Shown here piece by piece: positions 20,143 to 30,827 of a stretch of DNA of 64,000 nucleotides (position 1 is its first letter; each line of letters opens with the position of its first letter). The DNA lies in assembly GCA_036340075.1 (NCBI GenBank), contig JAYYZJ010000012.1:1-64000 (forward strand), in the 5' to 3' direction. The position numbers and the translations under genes are program-made. The DNA is from Thermodesulfobacteriota bacterium. Its GTDB lineage: Bacteria > Desulfobacterota_D > UBA1144. The notes under the pieces were generated by a model, which did no database searches, had not been told where the DNA came from, and saw only the letters and a program-made list of their open reading frames with translations.

Positions 20143-23100
20143 TTAAGATTAATTGTTTTTGATATTTCTTCTTCAAGTTCTTTGCAATTTTCTACACTTA
20201 TATTGTCAATGGAAATTCTTGCCCTTACTCCACTATCCTTTAGCAATATTTCAACCGGACTCTTCCCAGGATATTTATGAAATAAATTTTTAAGATTGTT
20301 GACTTGCTTTTTTGAGAGATTTTCATTAATTGTGATTTTAAGCGGTACTGGCATGTCTCTTATGAGCTGTACGGAATCCTCACCATTAAATGAATTTATT
20401 ATTAATTTAGTATTCCCATCACTTTTCTCAATCGAACCCGTTATTAAAAGAGGAGCTCCGATATTTAATATGGATTCAGATTTTTCAAATTCATCATTAA
20501 ATATTATTGCTTCTAATAATCCAGATGTATCCTCTAGATTGATTATAGCGTATTTCTTTGAATTCTTTTTTGAAGTCTTAACTGATATAGACGATATAAA
20601 TGCAGCAAGAGTTACTACACTTTTTTCTGATTCATTTTTAATATCCCTAATTCTTTTGTAATTAATCTTAGATAACTTATGTTTGTATATGTCCAGCGGA
20701 TTTATTTTAACCGAATAACCTAATGTCTCTATCTCATATTTGCTTAGTTCATCCAAAGGCCATTCTTTAAAATCTTCTAAGGTTGGTTCCTGAATTAGCT
20801 TATCTAAATCAAACAAATTTTCTTGATCTGTATTTCGATTCTTACTGTATTGGCCTACAAAGCTCAAAAGTAAATCCATATTATTAAACAGAGTTGCTCT
20901 AGTAAATAAAAAACAATCTAAAGCCCCTGATTTAATTAAACTCTCTAAACTTTTTTTATTCATCTTTCTTGAGTCCATTACAGATAAAAATTCAAATATG
21001 GTTGAAAATTTACCTAAATCTTTTCTAGAATTAATAATATTCTCAACGATATTAGTACCTAAATTTTTAATTGCACTTAGACCAAATCGAATCGACTTAT
21101 TTATTGGAGTAAAACCTGAGCCACTTTCGTTTATATCAGGAGAAAGTATCTCAATCCCCATTTCTTTACATTCGGTAATATTTGCAACAATTTTTTCAGA
21201 TAAATTGATTTCAGTAGACATAAGTGCAGACATAAATTCGCATGGATAATAAGTTTTTAGATAAGCTGTTTGAAAAGTTATATTAGCATAGGCAGTACTA
21301 TGACTTTTATTAAAAGAATATTCTGCAAATTTTTCCATTGTGTCAAAAATTTCATGTGCGACTTTTAGAGGAACTTTATTTGTTTCTGCCCCTCCAATAA
21401 ATCTTTCTCTTTGAGCTAGCATTTCAGAGGTTTTTTTCTTTCCCATAGCTCTTCTTAGTAAGTCTGCTTCACCTAAAGAGAAATTCGCCAAAATCGAAGC
21501 AGTTTTCATTATTTGTTCTTGATAAACAAAAAGACCATGAGTTTCTTCTAGAATTTTTTCTAATTCTGGTAAAGGATAATCTGTTTTAGTCTTTCCGCTC
21601 TTTCTTAGAATATATTCATCCACCATCCCACTATCTAATGGTCCTGGCCTGTAAAGAGCCAACAAGGCAACAATATCATCAAATTTATCAGCACGTAGAT
21701 TTTTTAAAACATCTTTCATTCCACTTGATTCAATCTGAAATATACCTCTTGTAAGTCCATTAGAGAGCATTTGATAGACATCCTTATTGTTCATGTCAGC
21801 ATATTTCAATTCTTTATCTATATCCGGATTGCCTACTTTAATAAAATCTTTTGTGTTCTTTATTACGGTAAGAGTTTTCAAACCCAAAAAGTCAAATTTA
21901 ACAAAACCTAAATCTTCTACAGCATTCATGTCATACTGAGTTACGGTCTCATTTTTTGAGCCTCTGAAAAGAGGAATCATTTTGTCTAATGGTTCATTTG
22001 ATATAACAACGCCAGCAGCATGAGTAGAAGAGTGCCGCACAGAGTTCTCAAGCTTTACACTCAAGTTATAAAGTTCAGTAAACTTTTCATCAGATTCAAC
22101 CAATTGTCTAAATTCTTTAACTTTTTTGTGGCTCTCTTCAAGCGAATAGACTTTACCTCTAAAAGAAGGAATTAGATTTGTTAATTTATTTACATCGCTA
22201 AAACTAAAACCTAATACTCTACCAACATCTTTTATAACTGCCTTTGAAGACATTGTTCCAAAAGTTCCTATTTGAGCAACTTTGTCTTCTCCATATTTGT
22301 TTATTACGTATTTGATTACTTCCTCACGCTTTTCACCACAAAAATCTATATCTATATCTGGCATGCTAATTCTTTCAGGATTCAAAAATCTTTCAAAAAT
22401 TAAATCATATCTGATAGGATCTATTTCTGTTATATCTAGTAGGTTTGCTACTAGACTGCCGGCTGCACTACCTCTTCCAGGACCAACTGGTATATTATTT
22501 TTTTTTGCAAACCTTATGAAATCAGAAACAACTAGAAAGTAACCTTCGTATCCCATATCTCTAATAATCGACAATTCATGATCAATCCTATCTTTATACA
22601 AACCCGATTCATTTGGAGAGATTAATTTTTCCTGAATCTTGTTTTCGAGAGCGGACAAAACCATTGCTTTTATATCATTAGAACTTGATGAATCCTCAGT
22701 ATTTAACTGTGGCAAATGATAATCATTTGTCTTTAAATCTATATTGCATCTTTCAGCAATCAAAAGAGTATTCTCTAAGGCTTCTTCGTTGTCATCAATT
22801 GCATCTCTCATTTCATCTCTGGATTTCAAATAGAACTCGTTCCCGTTGAATCTAAATCTTTTTTCTTCTTTAACAAGAGAGTTTGTCTGAATACATAGAA
22901 GAGCATCATGTGAATGAAAATCATTTTTAGTTAAATAATGACAATCATTAGTTGCAACAATTGGGATATTTAGCCTAACACTCATCTCTTTTAAAACCGA
23001 GTTAACTCTTTTTTGTTCTTTTAATTTAGTACCTTGAATTTCAAGAAAATATCTGTCACCAAATACAGCTTTGTACTCACTAGCAATTCTTATCGCTTCT

Positions 23101-23558
23101 TCCTTTTTTCCCTTTAAGATATTGTGACAAACTTCGCTGTTTAAACATCCACTTAAAACAATTAACCCAGAACTATTTTCAAACAAAAGCTTCTTGTCTA
23201 CTCTAGGTTTGCGATAGAATCCCTTTAAGTGTCCTCTTGATACAAGGGAGCAAAGATTCTGATAACCATCTATGTCCATAGCTAATACAGTAAGATGGTG
23301 GGTTTTGTTATCCTCAGGAGTCTTATTGGTGTGATCCTTTGCTATGTATACTTCGCAGCCGATTATTGGCTTAATATCGTTTTCTTTGGCTTTTCTATAA
23401 AAATCATATGCACCAAATAAATTCCCGTGGTCAGTTAAGGCAACTGCTGGCATACCCTGTTTTTTTACTTCTTCAAAAAGCTCGTCAAATTTAATAGCCC
23501 CATCAAGTAGTGAGTATTGAGAATGCAAATGCAGGTGTACAAATTCGTTTTTATTCAA
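20139..23558 (-). CDS. dnaE: DNA polymerase III subunit alpha
   Basis: FVHLHLHSQYSLLDG, GPGRGSAAGS, PDIDIDF, HAAGVVI, FNKSHS; likely TTG start at 23558 rather than the ORF-track start that overlaps ftsY. Confidence 0.97.
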   Translation of the reverse strand: MNKNEFVHLHLHSQYSLLDGAIKFDELFEEVKKQGMPAVALTDHGNLFGAYDFYRKAKENDIKPIIGCEVYIAKDHTNKTPEDNKTHHLTVLAMDIDGYQNLCSLVSRGHLKGFYRKPRVDKKLLFENSSGLIVLSGCLNSEVCHNILKGKKEEAIRIASEYKAVFGDRYFLEIQGTKLKEQKRVNSVLKEMSVRLNIPIVATNDCHYLTKNDFHSHDALLCIQTNSLVKEEKRFRFNGNEFYLKSRDEMRDAIDDNEEALENTLLIAERCNIDLKTNDYHLPQLNTEDSSSSNDIKAMVLSALENKIQEKLISPNESGLYKDRIDHELSIIRDMGYEGYFLVVSDFIRFAKKNNIPVGPGRGSAAGSLVANLLDITEIDPIRYDLIFERFLNPERISMPDIDIDFCGEKREEVIKYVINKYGEDKVAQIGTFGTMSSKAVIKDVGRVLGFSFSDVNKLTNLIPSFRGKVYSLEESHKKVKEFRQLVESDEKFTELYNLSVKLENSVRHSSTHAAGVVISNEPLDKMIPLFRGSKNETVTQYDMNAVEDLGFVKFDFLGLKTLTVIKNTKDFIKVGNPDIDKELKYADMNNKDVYQMLSNGLTRGIFQIESSGMKDVLKNLRADKFDDIVALLALYRPGPLDSGMVDEYILRKSGKTKTDYPLPELEKILEETHGLFVYQEQIMKTASILANFSLGEADLLRRAMGKKKTSEMLAQRERFIGGAETNKVPLKVAHEIFDTMEKFAEYSFNKSHSTAYANITFQTAYLKTYYPCEFMSALMSTEINLSEKIVANITECKEMGIEILSPDINESGSGFTPINKSIRFGLSAIKNLGTNIVENIINSRKDLGKFSTIFEFLSVMDSRKMNKKSLESLIKSGALDCFLFTRATLFNNMDLLLSFVGQYSKNRNTDQENLFDLDKLIQEPTLEDFKEWPLDELSKYEIETLGYSVKINPLDIYKHKLSKINYKRIRDIKNESEKSVVTLAAFISSISVKTSKKNSKKYAIINLEDTSGLLEAIIFNDEFEKSESILNIGAPLLITGSIEKSDGNTKLIINSFNGEDSVQLIRDMPVPLKITINENLSKKQVNNLKNLFHKYPGKSPVEILLKDSGVRARISIDNISVENCKELEEEISKTINLN

Positions 23559-23643
23559 GTTAGAGGTAATTATAAATGAATTAATCCTAATTAAAAAATT
23601 AATATTATTGATAATTAAATTAAATGGTGACAGAATAAAATTT

Positions 23644-24585
23644 ATGTTTAAGAAGGCCAAATCACTTTTTTCTTTTGTTAAAGATAAATTAGTCAAAACC
23701 CGTGAATCAATTACAGAATCAATTACTCAGGTTTTTAAGAAAAAGGTTATTATCGACGAAGAGACATTAGATGAATTACAGGAGACGCTTATACTTTCCG
23801 ATGTTAGTTATAACTCCTCAGAAAGAATAATAAAAAAATTTAAGGAAGATATAGGGAAAAGAGAAACAGAAAAAGAAACTGACAAAGCTTTTTTCTTGGA
23901 TGTATTACAACAAGAGATTGCTATCATGTTACAAAGAGACGACCTGGACATAAACCTTGAGAGCAATGGGTTGTCGGTTTTTATAGTTAGTGGAGTCAAT
24001 GGGAGTGGAAAGACTACTTCTATAGGAAAATTATCAAAAATGCTTAGCAGTGAAGGGAACAAGAAAGTTATGATTGTTGCAGCTGATACGTTTAGAGCAG
24101 CGGCTATTTCTCAATTACAAGTTTGGGCAAATAGGGTTCAAGTTGATTTCTTTTCGAACGAAAGTAAAGATCCAAGTAGTGTTGTTTATTCTGCTATTGA
24201 AGAAGCTAAGATTAAAAAAATTGATATTTTAATAGTTGATACTGCAGGAAGACTAGGAACAAATAATGAATTAATGATGGAATTGTCGAAAATAGAAACC
24301 GTTGTAAAAAAGCAAACTGGATCAAATCCGGTAGAAAATTTACTTGTACTTGATGGAACATCAGGACAAAATGCACTTAGTCAGATAGAGAAATTTAAAC
24401 AATCAGTTAATCTTACTGGAATTATAATAACTAAACTTGATAGCACATCTAAAGCAGGTTTCGCTATATCTGCATCTTACGATTATGACTTGCCTATTAA
24501 ATTTATAGGAGTAGGTGAGGGCCTTGACGATTTATTACCTTTTGTTCCAGAGGATTTTGCTAAGGCACTATTTCATTTAAACTAA
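23644..24585 (+). CDS. ftsY: signal recognition particle receptor FtsY
   Basis: GVNGSGKTT, DTFRAAA, DTAGR, TKLD, GVGEGLDDL; start taken as ATG 23644. Confidence 0.95.
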   Translation: MFKKAKSLFSFVKDKLVKTRESITESITQVFKKKVIIDEETLDELQETLILSDVSYNSSERIIKKFKEDIGKRETEKETDKAFFLDVLQQEIAIMLQRDDLDINLESNGLSVFIVSGVNGSGKTTSIGKLSKMLSSEGNKKVMIVAADTFRAAAISQLQVWANRVQVDFFSNESKDPSSVVYSAIEEAKIKKIDILIVDTAGRLGTNNELMMELSKIETVVKKQTGSNPVENLLVLDGTSGQNALSQIEKFKQSVNLTGIIITKLDSTSKAGFAISASYDYDLPIKFIGVGEGLDDLLPFVPEDFAKALFHLN

Positions 24586-24591
24586 TTTAGA

Positions 24592-25668
24592 ATGAGCAGA
24601 GAACAATATATGAACCTGGCTTTTAAAATTGCTAAGAAAGGATTAAATAATACTGGATCTAATCCAATGGTAGGAGCAGTTATAGTCAAAAGGGGTAAAA
24701 TAATAGGAAAAGGCTATCACGAAAAGTTTGGTGGACCGCATGCAGAAGTTAATGCAATTATGGATGCTGAGTCAAAAGGCCACTCTGTTAAAAACTCATT
24801 GTTATTTGTGACATTAGAGCCATGTAGCCATACAAAGAAACAAACTCCTCCTTGCACAAAATTAATTTTAAATAAAGGTATAAAGAAAGTTTTTGTTGGA
24901 ATGAAAGACCCAAACGAAAAAGTTAATGGAGCAGGAATTAGATATTTAGAAAGACATAATGTTAAAACTTCTATACTAAACTACAAAGAAGAAAACAAAG
25001 AACTCAACAAAGGATTTATTAATTTAATAAAAACAAAAAGACCATACATGACACTAAAAATTTGCCTCTCATTGGATGGCAAAATATACAATTTAAATAG
25101 ACCTAAAGATACAATTGGGGATCGAACACAATTGAATCATGCTAACAAGCTTCGTAAAGATTTTGATGGAATTATGGTAGGAGTAAACACAATACTTAAC
25201 GACAATCCAAGACTTACCTATAGAGGACCAAAAGATAAATCATATACCCAACCACGACCCATTGTCTTGGATTCAAAATTAAGGACCCCTTTAAAAAGTA
25301 AAATAATTTTAGAAGAAAACAAACCTATCATTTTTACTCAGAAATCTACAAATAGCATAAAAATGAAAACCATGGTGGAATCTGGATGTGAAATAATTAT
25401 AATGAAAACAATGACACCGCAAGCTATATTGAAGAAACTAGGATCACTGAACTTGCAAAGAATTCTTGTCGAAGGAGGAGCGAAAGTCTTCTCAAGCTTT
25501 TTATCCTCAAGACTATGGAACGAATTAATAGTATATTATTCTCCTAAATTTATAGGAAAACATGGTTTGCCTTTGACTAAAGAACTCTCAAAAGATTTTT
25601 TAATAGACAGTAGATACAAGACCAAAACAAAGAAAGTTGGACGTTCTTTGATGTTAAAAATAAATTAG
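24592..25668 (+). CDS. ribD: riboflavin biosynthesis deaminase/reductase RibD
   Basis: NPMVGAV, HAE, TLEPCSH..TPPC, SLDGKI, DNPRLT, VEGG. Confidence 0.93.
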   Translation: MSREQYMNLAFKIAKKGLNNTGSNPMVGAVIVKRGKIIGKGYHEKFGGPHAEVNAIMDAESKGHSVKNSLLFVTLEPCSHTKKQTPPCTKLILNKGIKKVFVGMKDPNEKVNGAGIRYLERHNVKTSILNYKEENKELNKGFINLIKTKRPYMTLKICLSLDGKIYNLNRPKDTIGDRTQLNHANKLRKDFDGIMVGVNTILNDNPRLTYRGPKDKSYTQPRPIVLDSKLRTPLKSKIILEENKPIIFTQKSTNSIKMKTMVESGCEIIIMKTMTPQAILKKLGSLNLQRILVEGGAKVFSSFLSSRLWNELIVYYSPKFIGKHGLPLTKELSKDFLIDSRYKTKTKKVGRSLMLKIN

Positions 25669-26319
25669 ATGAGAATAGGTATTATAGGTGGGAATTTTAA
25701 TCCAATACATATTGGTCATGTGTCAATGATTGAAGAGGTTTATGAAAGTTTTAATCTTGATAAACTCTTAATAGTTCCAAATTCGAATCCTCACTATAAG
25801 GAAACAAGAAAAATAAAATTTGAGTTAACCGTAGATATGATTAATTTGGCTATAAATAAAAAAATCGACTATGAAATCAGTACACTGGAAAGTGATGTTA
25901 ATGAGAAGCATTTCACCCTAAACACATTAAAAAATATTTCTGAAATGTACAAAAATGACAAGCTTATTTTTATAATTGGTAGTGATCAATTTTTGAAATT
26001 TGAAACATGGTACAAACCAGAAGAGATAAGAAAATTAATCAACATTGTTGTCCCTATTAGGACACCATACTTTGTTGATGTTGAAGAATTGATCAAGAAG
26101 AACCCAGGTTCTTTTATAAGAAAAAATTATGGCAGGAAGGTCTTGTTAAAAACAAGCACAGAAAAGATGATGATATTCTTTGATTTGGTTAACAAAATCG
26201 ATATATCTTCTTATGCGATAAAGAAGATGTTTGTTGAAGACAATGCTCGAGAAGCGAAGAAATTTTTACCAAGTACTGTTTTTGAATATATTGTAAAAAA
26301 CAAAATATATAATTTATGA
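25669..26319 (+). CDS. nadD: nicotinate-nucleotide adenylyltransferase
   Basis: GGNFNPIHIGH, FIIGSD, W, ISS; upstream of rsfS. Confidence 0.9.
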   Translation: MRIGIIGGNFNPIHIGHVSMIEEVYESFNLDKLLIVPNSNPHYKETRKIKFELTVDMINLAINKKIDYEISTLESDVNEKHFTLNTLKNISEMYKNDKLIFIIGSDQFLKFETWYKPEEIRKLINIVVPIRTPYFVDVEELIKKNPGSFIRKNYGRKVLLKTSTEKMMIFFDLVNKIDISSYAIKKMFVEDNAREAKKFLPSTVFEYIVKNKIYNL

Positions 26320-26654
26320 AATCATTTGATAACGTTAAAATTATTTATAATGAGCTAATTGAAAGAAAAGCCGAAAATGTAGTTGTTTTGGATATCAATA
26401 AAGTCTCGTCAATTGCTGACTACTTTATCATTGCTAGTGCTGATTCAGAAAGGGGTGTTAAATCCTTAGTGGATTTTGTTTCAAAGAAGATTAAAGAAAG
26501 ATTTGGGAATATAGGAAAAATAGAGGGGGTAAGTGGAGGAAGATGGATTGTAATTGATTTCGGTGATGTAATTGTTCATGTATTCCACAAAGACACAAGA
26601 GAGTACTTTAATTTAGAATCCCTTTGGGATGACGCAAAAGTTGTTGGGCTTTAA
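26316..26654 (+). CDS. rsfS: ribosome silencing factor
   Basis: KAENVVVLD, DYFIIAS, WIVIDFGDVIVHVF, REYFNLESLW. Confidence 0.95.
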   Translation: MKSFDNVKIIYNELIERKAENVVVLDINKVSSIADYFIIASADSERGVKSLVDFVSKKIKERFGNIGKIEGVSGGRWIVIDFGDVIVHVFHKDTREYFNLESLWDDAKVVGL

Positions 26655-26660
26655 CATAAA

Positions 26661-27869
26661 TTACTTTTTTGGTTTTCTTATAAAAGCAGGTATTTCAAAA
26701 TGTTCATCATCACCCAATGGGTGGAGCTCCTCAGGTTCTGAGTCACCATTGCCATTAGATGAAATTTGACTTAATGATGAATCATCATCAATGGCTTCAT
26801 CAAGGTTAAAACTAATCTGATTTTTATCCTCTTCAACTTCTTCTGTGACTTCCGCAGACCTAGGCTTTGGTCTTGATGCACCATCAATGCCCGTTGCAAT
26901 TACTGTAATTTTAACTTTATCACCCATAGTTTCATCAACTACTAAGCCAAAAATTAATTCAACATCAGCACTTGCTCTACTTCTTATATGGTTGCAAGCT
27001 TCATTCAATTCATCGATTGTGAAATTACTTGATGCTGTAACGTTAATTAGAATTCCAGTAGAGCCATCAATTGAAACGTCTTCTAATAGAGGGCTCGTTA
27101 TAGCATTTTCAGCAGCTTCTGTTGCTCTCGAAGTTCCTTCGCCATCACCTGTTCCCATCAAGGCCTTGCCACCGCTTTCTTTCATAATTTTTTTGACGTC
27201 AGCAAAGTCAACATTTATAAATCCAGACCCAACAATTATATCCGCAATTCCTCTAACCGCTCCTGCAAGCACGTTGTCTGCTGCTTTAAAAGAATCGAGA
27301 ATCCCAGCAATTTGTTGAATTTCTCCCAACTTGTCATTAGGGATAACAATCATAGAATCAACTTCGGTAGATAAATCTTCAATCCCTACCTCTGCATTTG
27401 TTAATCTTTTCTGCGCTTCAAATTCAAAAGGCTTTGTTACAATAGCAATTGTCAAAGCACCTGAATCTTTAGCAAGTTTTGCTACAACTGGTGCAGCTCC
27501 GGTTCCTGTACCACCACCCATACCTGCGGTAATAAAAACCATGTCTGCTCCTTGAAGCGCTTCTGTTATGTCGTTTTGATCCGCTTTAGCACATTCGCTT
27601 CCTAATCCAGGGTCTCCTCCAACCCCTAATCCTTTAGCGATATTTTTTCCTATTTGAATTATTCTTTTAGCTTTTGATTTTTGTAAATCTTGAAAATCGG
27701 AATTAATTGCTATAAACTCAACACCGGTTATATGCATATCTATCATGCTATTTACGGCATTCCCACCGGCTCCACCAATTCCTATAACCTTAATTTTCGC
27801 CCCAAGCTTTTCAAAAGGATTCTCCTCTTGTGACCCTGAGACAGAACTAGAAAATTCGAAAGTAGGCAT
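26661..27869 (-). CDS. ftsZ: cell division protein FtsZ
   Basis: GIGGAGGNA, GMGGGTGTG, NVDFADV, C-terminal EIPAFIRK. Confidence 0.99.
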   Translation of the reverse strand: MPTFEFSSSVSGSQEENPFEKLGAKIKVIGIGGAGGNAVNSMIDMHITGVEFIAINSDFQDLQKSKAKRIIQIGKNIAKGLGVGGDPGLGSECAKADQNDITEALQGADMVFITAGMGGGTGTGAAPVVAKLAKDSGALTIAIVTKPFEFEAQKRLTNAEVGIEDLSTEVDSMIVIPNDKLGEIQQIAGILDSFKAADNVLAGAVRGIADIIVGSGFINVDFADVKKIMKESGGKALMGTGDGEGTSRATEAAENAITSPLLEDVSIDGSTGILINVTASSNFTIDELNEACNHIRSRASADVELIFGLVVDETMGDKVKITVIATGIDGASRPKPRSAEVTEEVEEDKNQISFNLDEAIDDDSSLSQISSNGNGDSEPEELHPLGDDEHFEIPAFIRKPKK

Positions 27870-27885
27870 CTCTACACCTCTAAAA

Positions 27886-27932
27886 TAACTATATATAGTA
27901 GTCTCAATAAAAAAAGATACTATATTTAGTAT
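27886..27932. promoter_or_regulatory. tandem NrdR-box-like operators upstream of ftsZ
   Basis: TAACTATATATAGTAG (27886-27901) and ATACTATATTTAGTAT (27917-27932), offset 31 bp; TATAAT -10 on the minus strand at 27939-27934. Confidence 0.65.
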
Positions 27933-27974
27933 TATTATATATCATAAATTAATAAAAAGATATAAAAAAAAGAC

Positions 27975-29207
27975 TTAAAAAAGGTCTGAGAACCAGGTTC
28001 TCATAGAGTCCATAACTCGCTTAAATACTTGAGCTTCTCTTATTCTTATTTTCTGAGCCCCACCAACATCATTGTGGGATCCCCATAAAAGCAAGCCAAC
28101 CCCAGTTGCACATTCGGGACCAGAGACAAGTTCTTCTAGGCCAGTAATAGACGTAGGACGTCCCAATCTTACTGGCATATTCAAGATTTTTTGAGCTAAA
28201 TGCTCAGCTCCATTGATTGCCATTGACCCCCCAGTTACTACGCATCCTGCAGGTAGCATATCATAGTATCCAGATCTCATTATCTCTCTTCTTGCCATTG
28301 AAAAAATTTCTTCTAGTCTAGGTTCAATTATATTAGCTAGCTCCAATTTGCTTATTTTTTTTCTTCCTGGACCAGCTATCTTATCAATTCTTATATCCTC
28401 ATCTTCAGATATCAAATCAGCTGAAGCAATACCATATCTTTCTTTAATATCTTTTGCATCTGCTTTAGAGGCACCTAGTCCAAATGAAATATCGTTATCT
28501 AAGAAATCACCGCCTATTGTTATGTTGCTTGTATACTTTATTGAACCATCACAAAATACAGCAATATCTGTAGTCCCTCCTCCACAATCTAGTAATACAA
28601 CTCCGACATCTCTTTCGTCGGGAGTTAATACAGCTTCACTCGATGCAATTTGTTCTAATACTAGAGATTGAACATCAAGCCCAGAGTTATGGACGCACTT
28701 AACTAAATTTTGTGCCTGTGTAACCTGTGCAGTTACCATATGAATTTTTGCCTCTAGTTTAACACCATAAAGACCAACAGGATCTTTTATTTTCCTTTCT
28801 CCGTCAACAATAAATTCTTGAGGCATTACATGTATTACTTCTCTATCAGCAGGTTGAGCCCCTGCCGTTGCGGACTCTATTACTCTATCTAAATCTTTTT
28901 TTGTTACTTCTCTGTTTCTTAAAGTAATCATTCCATGCCCATTTAGACTTCTAATATGACCACCAGCAATACCTACAATTACATTAGTTATTTCTGTTCC
29001 AGCCATTTTCTCAGCATCAACAATTGCTTGTCTAATGGACTGTACAGTGCTTTCTATATTAAGAACAATTCCTCGTTGGAGGCCTTTAGAAGGATGAGAG
29101 CTAACACCAATTACCTCTACATCTCCTGGACCATTTACTTCAGCTACTAGACAGAGAATCTTGGTCGTTCCTATGTCTAATCCTACTACAACATTAGTTT
29201 CCGCCAT
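27975..29207 (-). CDS. ftsA: cell division protein FtsA
   Basis: GLDIGTTKI, DCGGGTTD, VVTGG, amphipathic C-terminus WFSDLF. Confidence 0.98.
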   Translation of the reverse strand: MAETNVVVGLDIGTTKILCLVAEVNGPGDVEVIGVSSHPSKGLQRGIVLNIESTVQSIRQAIVDAEKMAGTEITNVIVGIAGGHIRSLNGHGMITLRNREVTKKDLDRVIESATAGAQPADREVIHVMPQEFIVDGERKIKDPVGLYGVKLEAKIHMVTAQVTQAQNLVKCVHNSGLDVQSLVLEQIASSEAVLTPDERDVGVVLLDCGGGTTDIAVFCDGSIKYTSNITIGGDFLDNDISFGLGASKADAKDIKERYGIASADLISEDEDIRIDKIAGPGRKKISKLELANIIEPRLEEIFSMARREIMRSGYYDMLPAGCVVTGGSMAINGAEHLAQKILNMPVRLGRPTSITGLEELVSGPECATGVGLLLWGSHNDVGGAQKIRIREAQVFKRVMDSMRTWFSDLF

Positions 29208-29224
29208 TTTTAGCCATTATAATC

Positions 29225-29905
29225 TTAAAGATTCGATTTTACAACACCTTTTCGTATATTGCTTATATCTATAAAAGAAGGACTAAGTTTCTTTTTACTA
29301 TAATCATCTAGAATTTTTTTAAGGTTTTTAACTTTTGATTTATAATTCCCTTTTCCAAAGTAAATATGAGTATTTTTAGAAGTGAATACACTAAATCCTA
29401 TTATTTCATCATATTTTATTTCAGAGATTTCTTCTTTTGAAAAGCTTGTTTCTTTTGTAATTAATTCTAATATTTCACCACCAATCCTTAAATTTTCTTT
29501 AGAATCTGAAGTGAATATAGGAAAATCTATGCCAACTAAATAACTATCAATTCCAGTAATAAAATTAAATTTAGAATCAATGTATCCCTTTTTGTCAGCA
29601 ACATATCCCACCATTAAGATTTTTTTTTCTTTTATGTTTATCCGTAGTTTTCTTAAATTAATTTGTTCGAATTTTATTTCATCGATTATTTTAATTGATT
29701 TTAGTTTCACTTCTACTTCCTCTTTATTTAATACATAGAAGAGTTTTCCTTGAATTTCGGATGTATGAACAATTTCCTCTGAAGATACATATTGATTTCC
29801 CTGGACTTCAATTTTTTTAACAAAACAAAAAATCGGGAAATATATGTAAGTAGCAACGCTTAATATTGAAATTGCAATAATTAGATTTTTTTTTATTTTA
29901 TTCAT
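29225..29905 (-). CDS. ftsQ: cell division protein FtsQ/DivIB
   Basis: N-terminal TM, POTRA-like IEVQGNQYVS, C-terminal FIDIS; position directly before ftsA. Confidence 0.8.
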   Translation of the reverse strand: MNKIKKNLIIAISILSVATYIYFPIFCFVKKIEVQGNQYVSSEEIVHTSEIQGKLFYVLNKEEVEVKLKSIKIIDEIKFEQINLRKLRINIKEKKILMVGYVADKKGYIDSKFNFITGIDSYLVGIDFPIFTSDSKENLRIGGEILELITKETSFSKEEISEIKYDEIIGFSVFTSKNTHIYFGKGNYKSKVKNLKKILDDYSKKKLSPSFIDISNIRKGVVKSNL

Positions 29906-30827
29906 CTATTATTCTAACTTCCGTCTCGAGTGTAATACCTAATTTTTCTTTTGATTTACTCCTTATTTTTTCTATGAGATCAAGTATGTCGTTAGGATTT
30001 GCTCCTCCCAAATTTATAATATAATTTGCATGCAATTCTGAGACTTGTGCCCCACCAACAGTTAGACCTTTAAGCCCCAAGTCTTGTATTAATTTTCCCG
30101 CAGCAATGTTTTTATTATTCATAAATACACTGCCCGCACTTGGAAATTGTACTGGTTGGGTCTCATTTCTATGTTTGATGAATTCTTTAATCTTTTCTTG
30201 GGTTTTTGCAATATCCCCTTTCTCTAAAATAAATTTAGCTCTTGTTATTACATCTTCTCTTTTTATTGAGCTATACCGATAACCAAATTCTATCTTCTCT
30301 TTTTTCACTTCCACTTCCTTTCCTCCTCTAAGAAAGAAAACTGAGACTAATGAGTCCGATATAGTGCCCCCGTTCGCCCCAGCATTTGTTATTAAGGCCC
30401 CCCCAATGGTTCCAGGTATGCCATTTGAAAATTCAAACCCAACTAAGCCTTTTTTGAGTGATTTATTCAAAACAAGACTTAAGGGACATCCGCAGTCAGC
30501 TACTATTTCAATCGAAGTATCTTTATAATCGGAAAAAACTATATTTTTTAATTTTTTTGTACTTATTATTATTGTCTTCTTCAGTTCAATATATAAAGTA
30601 TTCGTAGCATTGCCAGCAATTATATAATTTATTTCTGCTTTGATTAAATTTTCAATAATTATTTTTAATTCAACAAGATTTTTAGGATAAGAAATTATTC
30701 TAGTAATTGGTCCTACTTTCCATGAGGAATAATTACTCATATCGTAATTCTCAGCATGTTCAATCTTGCTATCAATCAAGAATTGCTTATGATTTGCTAA
30801 TTTTGTTTCTGATATCGAATCCGACAT
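29898..30827 (-). CDS. murB: UDP-N-acetylenolpyruvoylglucosamine reductase
   Basis: GIPGTIGGALITNAGA, FGYRYS, SAGSVF, HANYIIN, LETEV. Confidence 0.93.
   Translation of the reverse strand: MSDSISETKLANHKQFLIDSKIEHAENYDMSNYSSWKVGPITRIISYPKNLVELKIIIENLIKAEINYIIAGNATNTLYIELKKTIIISTKKLKNIVFSDYKDTSIEIVADCGCPLSLVLNKSLKKGLVGFEFSNGIPGTIGGALITNAGANGGTISDSLVSVFFLRGGKEVEVKKEKIEFGYRYSSIKREDVITRAKFILEKGDIAKTQEKIKEFIKHRNETQPVQFPSAGSVFMNNKNIAAGKLIQDLGLKGLTVGGAQVSELHANYIINLGGANPNDILDLIEKIRSKSKEKLGITLETEVRIIDE

Noticed and set aside
20139..23558. Intein in dnaE
   Set aside because: Length of about 1140 aa is normal and no intein-like insertion is visible.
23559..23696. Apparent head-to-head overlap of dnaE and ftsY
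   Set aside because: Artefact of longest-ORF calling; homology begins near 23558 (dnaE) and 23644 (ftsY).
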